Shown piece after piece: positions 1-10,640 of a DNA stretch of 38,946 bases. Each line of letters opens with the position of its first letter. The stretch's first letter is position 1. A program made the translations under genes and the position numbers. The notes below the pieces were generated by a model. The model was not told the DNA's origin. It saw only the letters and a list, made by a program, of their open reading frames with translations, and made no database searches. Origin of the DNA: Bacteroidota bacterium (GTDB lineage Bacteria > Bacteroidota > Bacteroidia > Bacteroidales > Paludibacteraceae); contig JAKLIM010000001.1 of the NCBI GenBank assembly GCA_022709605.1, positions 1 to 38,946 on the forward strand, in the 5' to 3' direction.

Positions 1-1724
1 TGAAAACAGTTTGGACCGAAGTAATTCGATTGAAAAAATACGGAGTTACCGGTAATGAACTGACACGTGCCAAAAATGAATACCTCAAACGGAAGGAATC
101 TGGTTATAACGAACGCAGTAAAACACGCTCCGGATCGTATGTAAATAAATACATGAACCATTTTCTGAAAGGTGAAGCGCCACTCGATATTGAGTTTGAA
201 TATCCAATGAGTAAGGAACTTACATCCGAAATAACGACGAAAGATATTTCCGCAAGCATTGCTAAATACATTTCTAATACCAACCGCGATATTTTGGTAA
301 CTGCCCCTGAAAAAGATAAGGATGCGTTGCCAAAAGAAGCCGATTTCAACCGATGGATGAAAGAAGTTGAAAGCAGTAAAATAGCTGCCAATCAGGATAA
401 TAAAAACAATAAAACCCTGTTGGCAACAAAGCCAGCAACAGGAAAAATAGTAAATACAACAACAAACTCAGCCATTGGAACAACTGAATTTACTCTGTCG
501 AACGGAGTAAAAGTAGTGCTGAAACCTACCGATTTTAAAAACGATGAGATCAGCTTTACCGCTTTCAGTCCCGGTGGAACTTCGCTCTACAAGGATAATG
601 AATACGAATCGGCTGATGCAGCAACCGGTGTAACAACTTCGGCGGGGTTGGGCGATTTTACACTTAGCGAATTGCAAAAACACCTCACCGGAAAAAGGAT
701 GAACGTAAAACCTTATATCGGTGAACGATACGAAGGATTCAGCGGTTCAGCAGCACCGGACGATCTGGAAACAGCCCTGCAACTTGTGTATCTGTATTTT
801 ACACAGCCACGAAAAGACTTCAGTGTGATAACCGGAGAGTTGGAACGCGCTAAAGTTTCGATAGCGAATCGTGGCAACGACCCTTCAACCGTTTTCTCCG
901 ATTCGGTTTCGGCTATTCTGAGCAATTACAATATCCGACGAACGGCTCCGAGCATCGAAAAATTGAATGCAATAGACTTCAATCGATCTTATGATATTTA
1001 CAAAGAGCGGTTTGCCGATGCCGGTGATTTTACTTTCACGTTTGTGGGAAACTTTGATGTAGAAAAAATAAAACCACTTTTGGAACAATATCTCGGCGCT
1101 TTGCCAGCAATTAATCGCGTAGAAGAAGCCCGCAATTTGGGCATTCAAACACCTGCCGGAAAAATTGACAGAAAAGTGTATAAAGGCATTGACAATAAAT
1201 CTTCTGTGCGCCTGGTATTCAGTGGTTCGTACAACTACAGCGAAACTGAAAACTATAAACTGAATGCTTTGGCCGACTTGCTTACCATCAAATTGATCGA
1301 AAGATTGCGTGAGGACGAAGGTGGTGTTTATGGAGTGAGTGCATCAGCCAATTACAGTAAATTTCCAAAAAACAGATATTCAGTAAATATAAGTTTTGGA
1401 TGTGCACCCACTAATGTCGAAAAACTGATTTCGGCGGTTCAGGAAGTTATTGAGAAAGTTAAAACTGAATTGCCACAAGCACTTGACATTGAGAAAATTG
1501 TGAATGAAGACTTGCGTTCAATGGAATTACAACTGAAAACAAATGGTTTCTGGCTTTCGTATCTGGTCGGAAAACAGCAAACCGGCGATAACCTTTTGTC
1601 GGTGCTGGATTACAAAGAAAAGCTTAAAAAAATTACGCCTGAAGCCCTGCAATCGGCGGCTCGGGAATACCTCACCGGCGAAAACTTTATACGTATTGTT
1701 CTGTATCCTGAAAAAAAACAATAA
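1..1724 (+). CDS. M16 family zinc peptidase (PqqL-like), 5'-truncated by the window edge
   Basis: The frame is open from position 3 (KTVWTEVIRL...). It has the second-half M16B signature 'FTLSNGVKVVLKPTDFKNDEI...SPGG', plus 'LQLVYLYFTQPR', 'FTFVGNFD' and 'LREDEGGVY'. The catalytic HxxEH would lie upstream of the window. Confidence 0.9.
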   Translation, partial: KTVWTEVIRLKKYGVTGNELTRAKNEYLKRKESGYNERSKTRSGSYVNKYMNHFLKGEAPLDIEFEYPMSKELTSEITTKDISASIAKYISNTNRDILVTAPEKDKDALPKEADFNRWMKEVESSKIAANQDNKNNKTLLATKPATGKIVNTTTNSAIGTTEFTLSNGVKVVLKPTDFKNDEISFTAFSPGGTSLYKDNEYESADAATGVTTSAGLGDFTLSELQKHLTGKRMNVKPYIGERYEGFSGSAAPDDLETALQLVYLYFTQPRKDFSVITGELERAKVSIANRGNDPSTVFSDSVSAILSNYNIRRTAPSIEKLNAIDFNRSYDIYKERFADAGDFTFTFVGNFDVEKIKPLLEQYLGALPAINRVEEARNLGIQTPAGKIDRKVYKGIDNKSSVRLVFSGSYNYSETENYKLNALADLLTIKLIERLREDEGGVYGVSASANYSKFPKNRYSVNISFGCAPTNVEKLISAVQEVIEKVKTELPQALDIEKIVNEDLRSMELQLKTNGFWLSYLVGKQQTGDNLLSVLDYKEKLKKITPEALQSAAREYLTGENFIRIVLYPEKKQ

Positions 1725-1852
1725 AAAAATATTGAACTCATAAATAAGAATAACCACATATTTAATTAAAATAAAAAATTTGGGAATCGGAAATTGAATA
1801 TTATTGTGGTTAACCGAAAGCCCGAAACGTTAAAATCATTAATTTAATTGTA

Positions 1853-1887
1853 GCGGCGATGCGACGTGATGTCGGATCGCCGTTTTT
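1853..1887 (+). terminator. Rho-independent terminator after the M16 peptidase
   Basis: GCGGCGATGCGAC-gtgat-GTCGGATCGCCGT stem (one mismatch, one G-U) followed by a T run. Confidence 0.75.
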
Positions 1888-2056
1888 AATTTTCAACACT
1901 AAAAATAACCGCATAATTATACCAAAATATTGAATATTCAATTAAATTTAAAATATTTATTTATTTGACTGGATTTTTTTATTATTCATACGGCATATAA
2001 TATAAGAACCATAAAATATCTATAAAAATGGATATTAACACTAAAACAAATTTCCT

Positions 2057-3064
2057 ATGAATGAAAAACTTTTGAATTTACTTCAAAAAAAAATGAGTGC
2101 TGAATTAAATTCAGACGAAGAAAAAGAATTAGCCGGATTAATATTAGACTCCGGCAAAGATGAACTTATTGAAATAACAACTGCGATGTATGAACAATAC
2201 ATACCAAACAGTGAAATTTCGCAAATTGAAAAGGAAAGAATCTTACATTCAATACTTTATGGCAGTTCGAAGCCTGTAATTCCATTCAAAAGGGCTAAAT
2301 CGAAACGATGGATTGCAGCTGTAGCAGCTTGTGCTGTTATTCTTCTATCGGTGGGAACATTGTATTTGAAAAATCAATTGGATATTCTGCAAGAAAGAAT
2401 TATTGTGACAGCAGAAGTAATACCTACAACTCAGAAAACAACACATAATCGATATATAAAATTAGCTGATGGAAGTACCGTAGTTTTGAAAGCCGGAAGT
2501 ACGCTTGATGTTTCGGATCAGTTTAATGCTGCGAATCGTGAAATTTCGTTGAGCGGAGAAGCCTATTTTGATATTGCACATAATCCTGAAAAGCCTTTTA
2601 TAATTCACACAGGTAATGTAAAAACAACTGTTTTGGGTACAGCATTCGACATTAAGGCCTGGCCAAATCAAAAAGAAGTCATTGTGTCGGTAACGCGTGG
2701 TAAAGTACGTGTGGAGAAAAACAACAAAATACTGGCACAACTCACTAAAAATGAACAGATTGAGCTTGATGAAAAAACACTTGAACCAAAACTCCATAAG
2801 GTTGATGCTGAGGCCATTGTAAATGATTGGACCAAAACAGATTTGACATTTGAAGATGTAAGCCTACACGAAGTTGTAAAAGTATTGAGCGAAAGATATG
2901 GACAAAGCATTACCATTTCGAACGAGGAAATAGCAAGTATTCACGTAGTTACTTCATTTAGTGGCACAGAATCGCTTGAAAACATAATAGATATTCTGTG
3001 TACTTTGAACAAAACTCAATATTACGAAAAAGATCAAACAATATATATTTCGGATAACAATTAA
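2057..3064 (+). CDS. FecR-family anti-sigma factor
   Basis: Single TM segment (WIAAVAACAVILLSVGTLYL). FecR motifs 'LADGSTVVLKAGSTL', 'REISLSGEAYFDIAHNPEKPFII', 'VLGTAF', 'VSVTRGKV', and a C-terminal 'LTFEDVSLHEVVKVLSERYG' domain. Confidence 0.93.
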   Translation: MNEKLLNLLQKKMSAELNSDEEKELAGLILDSGKDELIEITTAMYEQYIPNSEISQIEKERILHSILYGSSKPVIPFKRAKSKRWIAAVAACAVILLSVGTLYLKNQLDILQERIIVTAEVIPTTQKTTHNRYIKLADGSTVVLKAGSTLDVSDQFNAANREISLSGEAYFDIAHNPEKPFIIHTGNVKTTVLGTAFDIKAWPNQKEVIVSVTRGKVRVEKNNKILAQLTKNEQIELDEKTLEPKLHKVDAEAIVNDWTKTDLTFEDVSLHEVVKVLSERYGQSITISNEEIASIHVVTSFSGTESLENIIDILCTLNKTQYYEKDQTIYISDNN

Positions 3065-3196
3065 AAAAAAGAAGTGTAATATGAAGAATACATCATAACG
3101 ATAAATTTAAAAACCTCTGAAGTAGGATGCCTCGTGGGTTTATTTTCAAAAATAATTATTAAAATAAATAATCATTACTAATCTCGAAGTAAAGAT

Positions 3197-6100
3197 ATGA
3201 AAAAAGAAACTATACTATCACTTCATTTTCTGCGGTATATAAAAATTTTTAGCATCATATTTAATATTTTAAATTTTAAGAACTTAAGATTTTTTACCGT
3301 TATTTTATTCTTATTATTGGGGCAGTTGGTTGTAAAAACTGAATTAGCGGCCCAAACCCTCAACAGTGAAATAACTTTCGAATTGCAAAATCAAAGTTTA
3401 AGCAGTGGCCTTGATAAACTTGCCCGAATATCGAAATTAAGAGTTTCGTACACCATTCCGCAGGTTTCAAAATACACCAAAATTACAGTGGAAAAAGGCT
3501 CAAGAACTGTTGCAGCCACTTTAGATTTATTATTATCAAAAACAAATCTTACTTACACGTTAAAAGGAAATAATGTGGTAATTATCGAAAAAAACGATAG
3601 AACCGCTGATATTTCTCCCGAACAAAACGGTCAGCCGGGTGTAATTACCGGAAATGTTACAAAAGCTGATGGCGAAGTTTTGGTGGGTGTTACCATTCTG
3701 GTAAAAGAAACTGACGGAAAAGGAACTATTACCGATAGTAAAGGTAATTTTTCACTTGCTTTGACCGGTTCGGAAGAAACACTCGTTTTCTCGCAGGTTG
3801 GACTTAAAAAACAGGAAGTCAATGTGAATGGACGATCACGGGTAAACGTAAAAATGGAAGATGAGAGTTATGCCCTCGAACAAGTTGTGGTGACAGGTAT
3901 TTTTAACAAAAAACTGGCTGCTTATACCGGAGCTGCTGTTACTGTAACCGCCAAAGAACTGGAAATGAGCGGAACACGAAATCTTATTACTTCATTGCGT
4001 AATATTGACCCGTCTTTTAATATCCTCGATAATAATCTTTATGGTTCTGACCCGAACCGTACTCCTGAAATTCAAATCAGGGGAAACAGCAGCGTGCCAA
4101 ACATCTCTGAGTTAAAGGATGAAACCAGCGTTGGTCTTAACACTCCGTTAGTAATTATTGATGGCTTTCAATCGACGTTACAACGCTTGATTGATATGAA
4201 TCAGTACGAAATAGAGTCGATTACCATTCTTAAAGACGCTTCGGCTACAGCCATTTATGGTTCGAGAGGAGCAAACGGCGTAGTGGTGGTAAAAACAAAA
4301 GCACCTGTTGAAGGTAAATTACGCATAACTTATAACGGACGCGTCAATTTTGAAGCGCCGGATTTGACCGGTTACAATTTGTTGGGAGCAAGAGAAAAAC
4401 TTGAATTGGAATATAAAACCGGTTTGTATAACAATGCTCGCGCTGAATCTGATTTACCACTGAAAAAATATTATAATTATTTGTTAAACGAAGTAAATTC
4501 AGGCGTAAGTACCGACTGGCTTGCACTTCCATTGCAATTAGGGCTTGGTCAAAAACACAATTTAAGACTCGAAGGTGGAAACGAACAATTCAGATATTCG
4601 GCTTCGGCTCAGCTTAATAACGTAAACGGGGTTATGAAAGGCTCTGCAAGAAATAATTTCAACGGCACAATTAAACTGTCGTATGATTTTAAAAATATAA
4701 CTTTTGCTAACGAATTGGCTGTCGGTTTTACAAATACAGCCGAATCACCTTATGGCAGTTTCGGAGAATATGCCTTGATGAATCCTTATTGGCGTCCTTA
4801 CGACAAAAACGGTGATATTAATAAGTATTTAGGCAATCCGGGAACAACTGACTATGTCGGAATTTGGAGTTCTTTGCCTACAAACCCAATGTACAATTCT
4901 ACTATCAATACGTTCGACAAACAAAATAACAATCTGATAACCAACACGACTTCAGTTGATTGGAATATATTTAAAGACCTGAATTTAGTTGCAAAACTGG
5001 GATTATCAAAAGGAATGAATCAAAGAGACCGTTTCAGACCAGCAGACCACACCGCATTTTCGAATTATTCGACCGATGATATTTTGCGAAAAGGTGATTA
5101 TCTTTATATTACCGGCAATCAATTTTCGTACGATGGTAGTGTGACATTATTTTATTCTAAACAAATAAATAAACATTCGTTTAATTATGGATTAGACTAT
5201 AATATTTTTGAAACAAGTAATTCAAGCTATTCATTTTTGTCGGAAGGATTTAGCAACGAGAACTTCGATTTTCCTTCAATGGCATTACAATATGCAAAAA
5301 ACGGAAAACCTTCGGGCGATGAAAGTTTAGTGCGTTCCATCGGATTGACAACAAATCTTATTTACAGTTACGACAACAGATATTTTACCGATTTATCTTT
5401 TCGTGAAGATGCTTCGTCGCAGTTTGGTTCAGAAAAGCGTTTTGCTCCTTTCTGGTCGGCTGGTATAGGTTGGAATTTGCACAACGAAAAATTTATTAGC
5501 AATTTAGAATTTGTAGATCATTTGAAAATCAGAGGTTCGGCCGGAACATCAGGTTCGCAAAATTTTAATGCATATCAGGCGCTTTCGACCTATAAATATT
5601 ATACCGACGACAGATATTACTCCTGGATGGGTGCATATTTACAAGGACTTGGCAACAAAAATCTTACCTGGCAACAAAAAGAAAATTACAACTTAGGTTT
5701 TGAAACTCAGTTATTCAAACAAAGAATTTTGTTGTCCGTAGATGTTTATACTTCCAGAACAAACAATCTGGTATCTTCCATTGACCTGGCTCCTTCGAAT
5801 GGTTTTTCGAGTTATGTCGAAAATGTAGGTCGAATGAAAAATGACGGTTTCGAAGCCAAAGTAACTACTTATTTGTATAAAAATCAGGCAAAAAGAATTT
5901 CATGGAACATTACTGCCGCTATTTTTCAGAACAGAAATAAAGTATTGGAAATATCGCAGGCTTTGAAAGATGCTCAGCAAAAAATTATCGAAGGTGGTGG
6001 ATCAATTCCAACAAAACTTTATCTCGAAGGTTATTCGTCAAATACTATATGGGTAATTCCGTCATTAGGCATTGATCCAAGTACAGGAAAAGAAGTTTTT

Positions 6101-6622
6101 CTGGATAAAAATGATCAGCCAACTTATACATGGAGTTCAAAAAATATCAGAGCTTGCGGTAACACAGAACCTAAATTGCAGGGTTCTATCGGAAGTTTGT
6201 TCAGGTATAAAAACTTTACCGCCAATGTTTCTTTCCGGTTCCTTTACGGCGGTCAGGCTTATAACCAGACATTGATAAATAAAGTTGAAAATGCAAACTA
6301 CAAATACAATGTAGATGCACGGGTTTACACCGGCCGTTGGCAATATCCGGGCGATAAAGCCATTTTCAAAAGTTTAAACATCACATCAGCTACACAAATG
6401 ACATCGCGCTTTGTACAGAATGAGAATTCATTGACAGGACAGAATATTAATTTACAATATAATATTATGTCACGAAAACTTATAAATGCGCTTGGTCTTA
6501 ATGTGATTACACTTTCGGCAGGTGTCGACGATTTCTTTTATTTGTCATCAATTAAACGCGAACGTGGACTTTCTTATCCTTTTGCAAGAAACTTTTCGTT
6601 TGGGGTAACAGGTATTTTCTAA
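3197..6622 (+). CDS. SusC/RagA-family TonB-dependent transporter with N-terminal signalling (STN-like) extension
   Basis: STN-like N-terminus, CarboxypepD_reg-like domain (ITGNVTKADGEVLVGVTILVKE), SusC plug signature 'IESITILKDASATAIYGSRGANGVVVVKTK' and terminal Phe. Confidence 0.95.
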   Translation: MKKETILSLHFLRYIKIFSIIFNILNFKNLRFFTVILFLLLGQLVVKTELAAQTLNSEITFELQNQSLSSGLDKLARISKLRVSYTIPQVSKYTKITVEKGSRTVAATLDLLLSKTNLTYTLKGNNVVIIEKNDRTADISPEQNGQPGVITGNVTKADGEVLVGVTILVKETDGKGTITDSKGNFSLALTGSEETLVFSQVGLKKQEVNVNGRSRVNVKMEDESYALEQVVVTGIFNKKLAAYTGAAVTVTAKELEMSGTRNLITSLRNIDPSFNILDNNLYGSDPNRTPEIQIRGNSSVPNISELKDETSVGLNTPLVIIDGFQSTLQRLIDMNQYEIESITILKDASATAIYGSRGANGVVVVKTKAPVEGKLRITYNGRVNFEAPDLTGYNLLGAREKLELEYKTGLYNNARAESDLPLKKYYNYLLNEVNSGVSTDWLALPLQLGLGQKHNLRLEGGNEQFRYSASAQLNNVNGVMKGSARNNFNGTIKLSYDFKNITFANELAVGFTNTAESPYGSFGEYALMNPYWRPYDKNGDINKYLGNPGTTDYVGIWSSLPTNPMYNSTINTFDKQNNNLITNTTSVDWNIFKDLNLVAKLGLSKGMNQRDRFRPADHTAFSNYSTDDILRKGDYLYITGNQFSYDGSVTLFYSKQINKHSFNYGLDYNIFETSNSSYSFLSEGFSNENFDFPSMALQYAKNGKPSGDESLVRSIGLTTNLIYSYDNRYFTDLSFREDASSQFGSEKRFAPFWSAGIGWNLHNEKFISNLEFVDHLKIRGSAGTSGSQNFNAYQALSTYKYYTDDRYYSWMGAYLQGLGNKNLTWQQKENYNLGFETQLFKQRILLSVDVYTSRTNNLVSSIDLAPSNGFSSYVENVGRMKNDGFEAKVTTYLYKNQAKRISWNITAAIFQNRNKVLEISQALKDAQQKIIEGGGSIPTKLYLEGYSSNTIWVIPSLGIDPSTGKEVFLDKNDQPTYTWSSKNIRACGNTEPKLQGSIGSLFRYKNFTANVSFRFLYGGQAYNQTLINKVENANYKYNVDARVYTGRWQYPGDKAIFKSLNITSATQMTSRFVQNENSLTGQNINLQYNIMSRKLINALGLNVITLSAGVDDFFYLSSIKRERGLSYPFARNFSFGVTGIF

Positions 6623-6641
6623 CTTTAAAAACAATTCGGAT

Positions 6642-8114
6642 ATGAATAAAATAATTATTGCAGGAGCACTATTTTTAAGTCTTATTTTCTTGAATTCATG
6701 CGACGAATATCTGACCGTGAATCCAAAAACACAAATGACTCAAGATGTGCTTTTTAGCTCAGAGGATGGTTTCAAAGATGCCTTAACCGGTGTTTATATC
6801 AAAATGAAAACCTATGATACGTATGGGCTCAATCTAAGTATGACAACTATTGAGCAATTGATTACAAACTGGGATGTAACCGCTAATACGACGGAACAAA
6901 AAATTGGATTGTATAATTTTACGGATATTGGTGTTGAAAATAAATTTAATGCCATTTTTTCACAACAGTTCAATACAATTACGAATATAAATGCCATTCT
7001 CGAAGGACTGGAGAAAAACGAATCCGTTTTCAAAAATCAGGATTTATACAAACTGATAAAAGGCGAATGTCTTGGTTTACGTGCATATTGTCATTTTGAT
7101 GTATTGCGTCTTTGGGGACCGGTACCAACTTTGGCCAACGAAACAAGCAAAATTCTTCCTTATGTAAAATTAGTTTCGAAAGATAGAAATGAGCACATTA
7201 CTTATCAGGAATATAAAACTAACCTGATCAATGATTTGAATGAGTCGGCCTCGTTACTCAATGCTGTGGATCCAATTCTGAAATACTCATTAATTGATTT
7301 AGGAAGACCCACAACAAATGGTACAACTCCATTTAATCCTTCGGATACCTATTTTGCATATCGTTATCTCCGTTTAAATTATTATGCTGTAAAAGCGCTC
7401 GAAGCTCGGGTAAATTTATGGTTTGGTAATAAGAATGAAGCTTTCAGTGCAGCTAAAGTTGTTATCGAAGCAGCAAATCCGGATGGATCTTCGAAATTTA
7501 GATTGGGAATTGCCTCTGATATGACCGCCAAAGATTACAGCATGATAAATGAACATGTGTTTTCATTGTACGATTTTCAGTTAAGCACCAAATTCTCCAA
7601 TTATTTTGGAAACGGAACACTCAAAAAAGGTTCGGCCGAAACAACTGTAAAATCGCAATTATACTTAAGCACCGGAACTGATATTCGTGAAGTAAACTTA
7701 TGGGTACTAATCACTCAGGCTAACCAGGCCAAAACCTACATTTGTCAGAAATACAATGTTCCGGTAACAGCAGGTTCAGGATTTGCCGATCAAAACAGAA
7801 TTCCAATGTTACGATTGAGCGAATTGTATCTTATAGCCGCCGAAACAGCTCCAACACCAATCGAAGGTCAGAGCTATTGGGATGCATTCAAAACTGCCCG
7901 AAACGTGGCAACTTCAACATTGCCAACAGATCCTGTTCAGGCTCAAATTGAATTATCCAAAGAGTATCGTCGCGAATTTATTGCTGAAGGTCAGTCTTTT
8001 TACGCATACAAAAGGATAAATGCAGTGAAAGCAAATGTATTGTGGACACCTACAGCAGCAGCAACTATTAATTATGTGGTTCCATTGCCACGTACCGAAG
8101 TATTATCCAATTAA
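6642..8114 (+). CDS. SusD/RagB-family surface lipoprotein
   Basis: Lipobox 'LNSC'. SusD motifs 'KGECLGLRAYCHFDVLRLWG', 'PMLRLSELYLIAAE' and 'EYRREFIAEGQSFY'. Directly follows susC. Confidence 0.95.
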   Translation: MNKIIIAGALFLSLIFLNSCDEYLTVNPKTQMTQDVLFSSEDGFKDALTGVYIKMKTYDTYGLNLSMTTIEQLITNWDVTANTTEQKIGLYNFTDIGVENKFNAIFSQQFNTITNINAILEGLEKNESVFKNQDLYKLIKGECLGLRAYCHFDVLRLWGPVPTLANETSKILPYVKLVSKDRNEHITYQEYKTNLINDLNESASLLNAVDPILKYSLIDLGRPTTNGTTPFNPSDTYFAYRYLRLNYYAVKALEARVNLWFGNKNEAFSAAKVVIEAANPDGSSKFRLGIASDMTAKDYSMINEHVFSLYDFQLSTKFSNYFGNGTLKKGSAETTVKSQLYLSTGTDIREVNLWVLITQANQAKTYICQKYNVPVTAGSGFADQNRIPMLRLSELYLIAAETAPTPIEGQSYWDAFKTARNVATSTLPTDPVQAQIELSKEYRREFIAEGQSFYAYKRINAVKANVLWTPTAAATINYVVPLPRTEVLSN

Positions 8115-8131
8115 TAAAAAAAATAAAGTGT

Positions 8132-8908
8132 ATGAAAAAAATATTTTTAACATTATTGCCATTGATTGCATTGTTGTTTACAGCATGTGATCAGGATAGC
8201 AATTATCTTATTTATAATGATAATGCTTACATTCAGTTCGGTCCGGCCGAGTCACGTATATATACTACATCATACAATTTGTCTGATACTACAAAATTGC
8301 AGACTTTCTATTATGAAGAGGCTCAGGTAACTCAGGATACAGTTTTTTTTGATATTTACGCCATCGGTGGAACCAGTACCGTTGACAGACCTTTCACTTT
8401 GGTGCAGGAAAATGTTGCGGGCACAGAAAACGCAGTTGCCGGCGAAGACTATTTTGCTTTTACTGATGCAAAAGTAAAGGGAAATTATGTCATCAAAGCA
8501 GGCGAGGTTCATACTTTAGTTCCTGTGGTTTTATTGCGAAGCGCAAAACTTAAAACAAGTACGCAAACTTTAAAATTTTCGGTGGTGGAAAATGATAACT
8601 TCAAAGTAGGTGAACTTACCAACAACTGGCGAAAAGTGATTTTTAGCGACCGACTTTCGAGGCCAAACGCATGGGATGCCAATACTGCAAAGTATTATTT
8701 AGGTGATTACAGCGTTGTAAAACACCGGTTTATGATTGACACTACGGGTGATAAATGGAACGAAGAATTTATTGTATATATCAAAACAGATTTTTCGATG
8801 TTGACTTTTTATAAAAACACAGTCAAAATGGCTTTGGTAAATTACAATAACGCACATCCGGGAAATCCACTGAAAGATGAAAATGGAGTAGTTGTTGCTT
8901 TTCCGTAA
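8132..8908 (+). CDS. DUF4843-like lipoprotein (SusC/D-associated)
   Basis: Lipobox 'FTAC'. Calx-beta-like core ('DRPFTLV', 'AVAGEDY'), 'SDRLSRPNAW', 'YYLGDYSVVKHRFM' and C-terminal 'PLKDENG...FP', typical of this family and position. Confidence 0.75.
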   Translation: MKKIFLTLLPLIALLFTACDQDSNYLIYNDNAYIQFGPAESRIYTTSYNLSDTTKLQTFYYEEAQVTQDTVFFDIYAIGGTSTVDRPFTLVQENVAGTENAVAGEDYFAFTDAKVKGNYVIKAGEVHTLVPVVLLRSAKLKTSTQTLKFSVVENDNFKVGELTNNWRKVIFSDRLSRPNAWDANTAKYYLGDYSVVKHRFMIDTTGDKWNEEFIVYIKTDFSMLTFYKNTVKMALVNYNNAHPGNPLKDENGVVVAFP

Positions 8909-8964
8909 TGTCACTTTAAAAAAAAGATCAACTTTTAAATTTTAAAAAATTAAACTTAAAGAAG

Positions 8965-10497
8965 ATGAAGAAATATAATTTAATATTACTGATAACATTG
9001 GCTTTAATAGCACATTCCTGCTTCGAAGATCATACCAATTATGATTATCTTGATCATGAAGTAATTAGTGTCAAAGGAATAGATGCAAGTTATAACAAAG
9101 TGTCAATGGTTGACTCATTGAACATTACTCCCACTGTATCATCGTCTGATTTGAAAGCAGAATTTGATTACTTCTGGGGAATATACGAAACAAGCGTACA
9201 AGGTTCTGCTCCCAAGGTAGATACAATTTCGAAAGAGCTTTCGCTAAAATACTTAATACGTCAACCGGCGAAAACCTGGGTGCTTGTGTTTGGTGCAAAA
9301 AACAAAAATACAGGCTATACAAAGCTTATAACTTCTACAATTAATGTTGGTACTCAATTTACAAGAGGTTGGTATGTGCTTAAAAACGAAGGTAATCAAA
9401 GCGATTTGGACTTATTTCTCACTCCTACATCCATTGAACCTGCTTCTACAGTTCCAAATGTTTATTCATTTGTAAATAACAGAAAACTAGACGGTAAAGG
9501 TTTGGGCATGAATTTTGAGTCAACTTACAAATCGTTTGTAACCGGAGTTAACGCCAATACACGTGCATTTTTTATTTTTACAGATAATGATGCTTCCATT
9601 GTAAATACCAATACAATGAAGGAAATTAAAAATTTTGGTCAATGTTTTTATACTGCACCTGCTGTAAAATCACCCGGTTTTATTATGGTTGGTTCGATGG
9701 CTGATTATTTTATAAATAACGGTCAATTACATAGCATTTATACTATGTCGTCGAATAATGGAATTTTCGGAAGTATACAAATGAGAGATGCTGTAAATAG
9801 TCCGTATTATCTTTCGAAGTATTATATTACAACCTCTGTAAATGATCCAATATTTTTTGACGAAACATCAAGCTCATTTATTTCGGCAGGTGGAGCCGGT
9901 ACAATGCTTACCGCAGTTACCGATGCCGCAGGTACAGCTATGAGTGCAAATAAAAACAACAAGAATCTTTTGTTTATGGGGATAAGTAATACAGGATCAA
10001 CAACTTTAGCAGGAGTTGCCGTTTTAGCTGATAAAACCAATCCTCAATTAAAGATTCTATCAACCATAACTCCAAAAGTTTCGGCATTTAAGATGGTGAA
10101 TGACACGCTATTGAGCACTTCGAAACTATATAATGCAACGAAATATGCAGCAAATATCGGCGACGAAACTTTATTGTATTTTGTTGTTGGTAACGAAGTT
10201 TGGTCGCGCAACCTGACCAATAAATTTGAGCAACTTCAATATAAAGTTCCTGCCGGTGAAACCATTACGTTTATCAAACACCGAAAATACACAACTACCA
10301 CTGAACCTGCTTATGCATATAATTTTATAATGGTCGGTTCAACCGATGGTACTAATTATTCCATTCGGATGTTTAATAAATCGGCCGGGAATCTTGCCGG
10401 CACTCCATCAGTTGTATTAACCGGTAAAGGTCAGGCTACAGATGTGTTTTATCTTTCTCCGTCAGTAAATTACACAACATATCCTAATACATATTAA
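8965..10497 (+). CDS. PKD-like family lipoprotein
   Basis: Lipobox followed by 'SCFEDHTNYDY', characteristic of Bacteroidetes PKD-like lipoproteins. Ig-like N-domain then a beta-rich C-region ('RGWYVLKNEG'). Confidence 0.75.
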   Translation: MKKYNLILLITLALIAHSCFEDHTNYDYLDHEVISVKGIDASYNKVSMVDSLNITPTVSSSDLKAEFDYFWGIYETSVQGSAPKVDTISKELSLKYLIRQPAKTWVLVFGAKNKNTGYTKLITSTINVGTQFTRGWYVLKNEGNQSDLDLFLTPTSIEPASTVPNVYSFVNNRKLDGKGLGMNFESTYKSFVTGVNANTRAFFIFTDNDASIVNTNTMKEIKNFGQCFYTAPAVKSPGFIMVGSMADYFINNGQLHSIYTMSSNNGIFGSIQMRDAVNSPYYLSKYYITTSVNDPIFFDETSSSFISAGGAGTMLTAVTDAAGTAMSANKNNKNLLFMGISNTGSTTLAGVAVLADKTNPQLKILSTITPKVSAFKMVNDTLLSTSKLYNATKYAANIGDETLLYFVVGNEVWSRNLTNKFEQLQYKVPAGETITFIKHRKYTTTTEPAYAYNFIMVGSTDGTNYSIRMFNKSAGNLAGTPSVVLTGKGQATDVFYLSPSVNYTTYPNTY

Positions 10498-10520
10498 GAA
10501 GTTAACCTGTTTTTTTTCAC

Positions 10521-10571
10521 AATTAATAATGATCATGGTCGAAGTTTATTCTCTGCCCATGATTATTAATT
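10521..10571 (+). other. Imperfect intercistronic stem-loop
   Basis: AATTAATAAT(GAT)CATGG ... CCATGATTATTAATT inverted repeat between the PKD lipoprotein and the first TlpA gene. Confidence 0.45.
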
Positions 10572-10640
10572 CTTATTCTTTACCGAAGTGAAAAAATCAT
10601 TGAAAAAGAAAATAATTACACATTCTAATAGTTGATAAAA

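Noticed and set aside
3110-3141. Degenerate hairpin between fecR and susC
   Set aside because: It has several mismatches, and such hairpins are commonplace at this position. Not enough support for a specific call.
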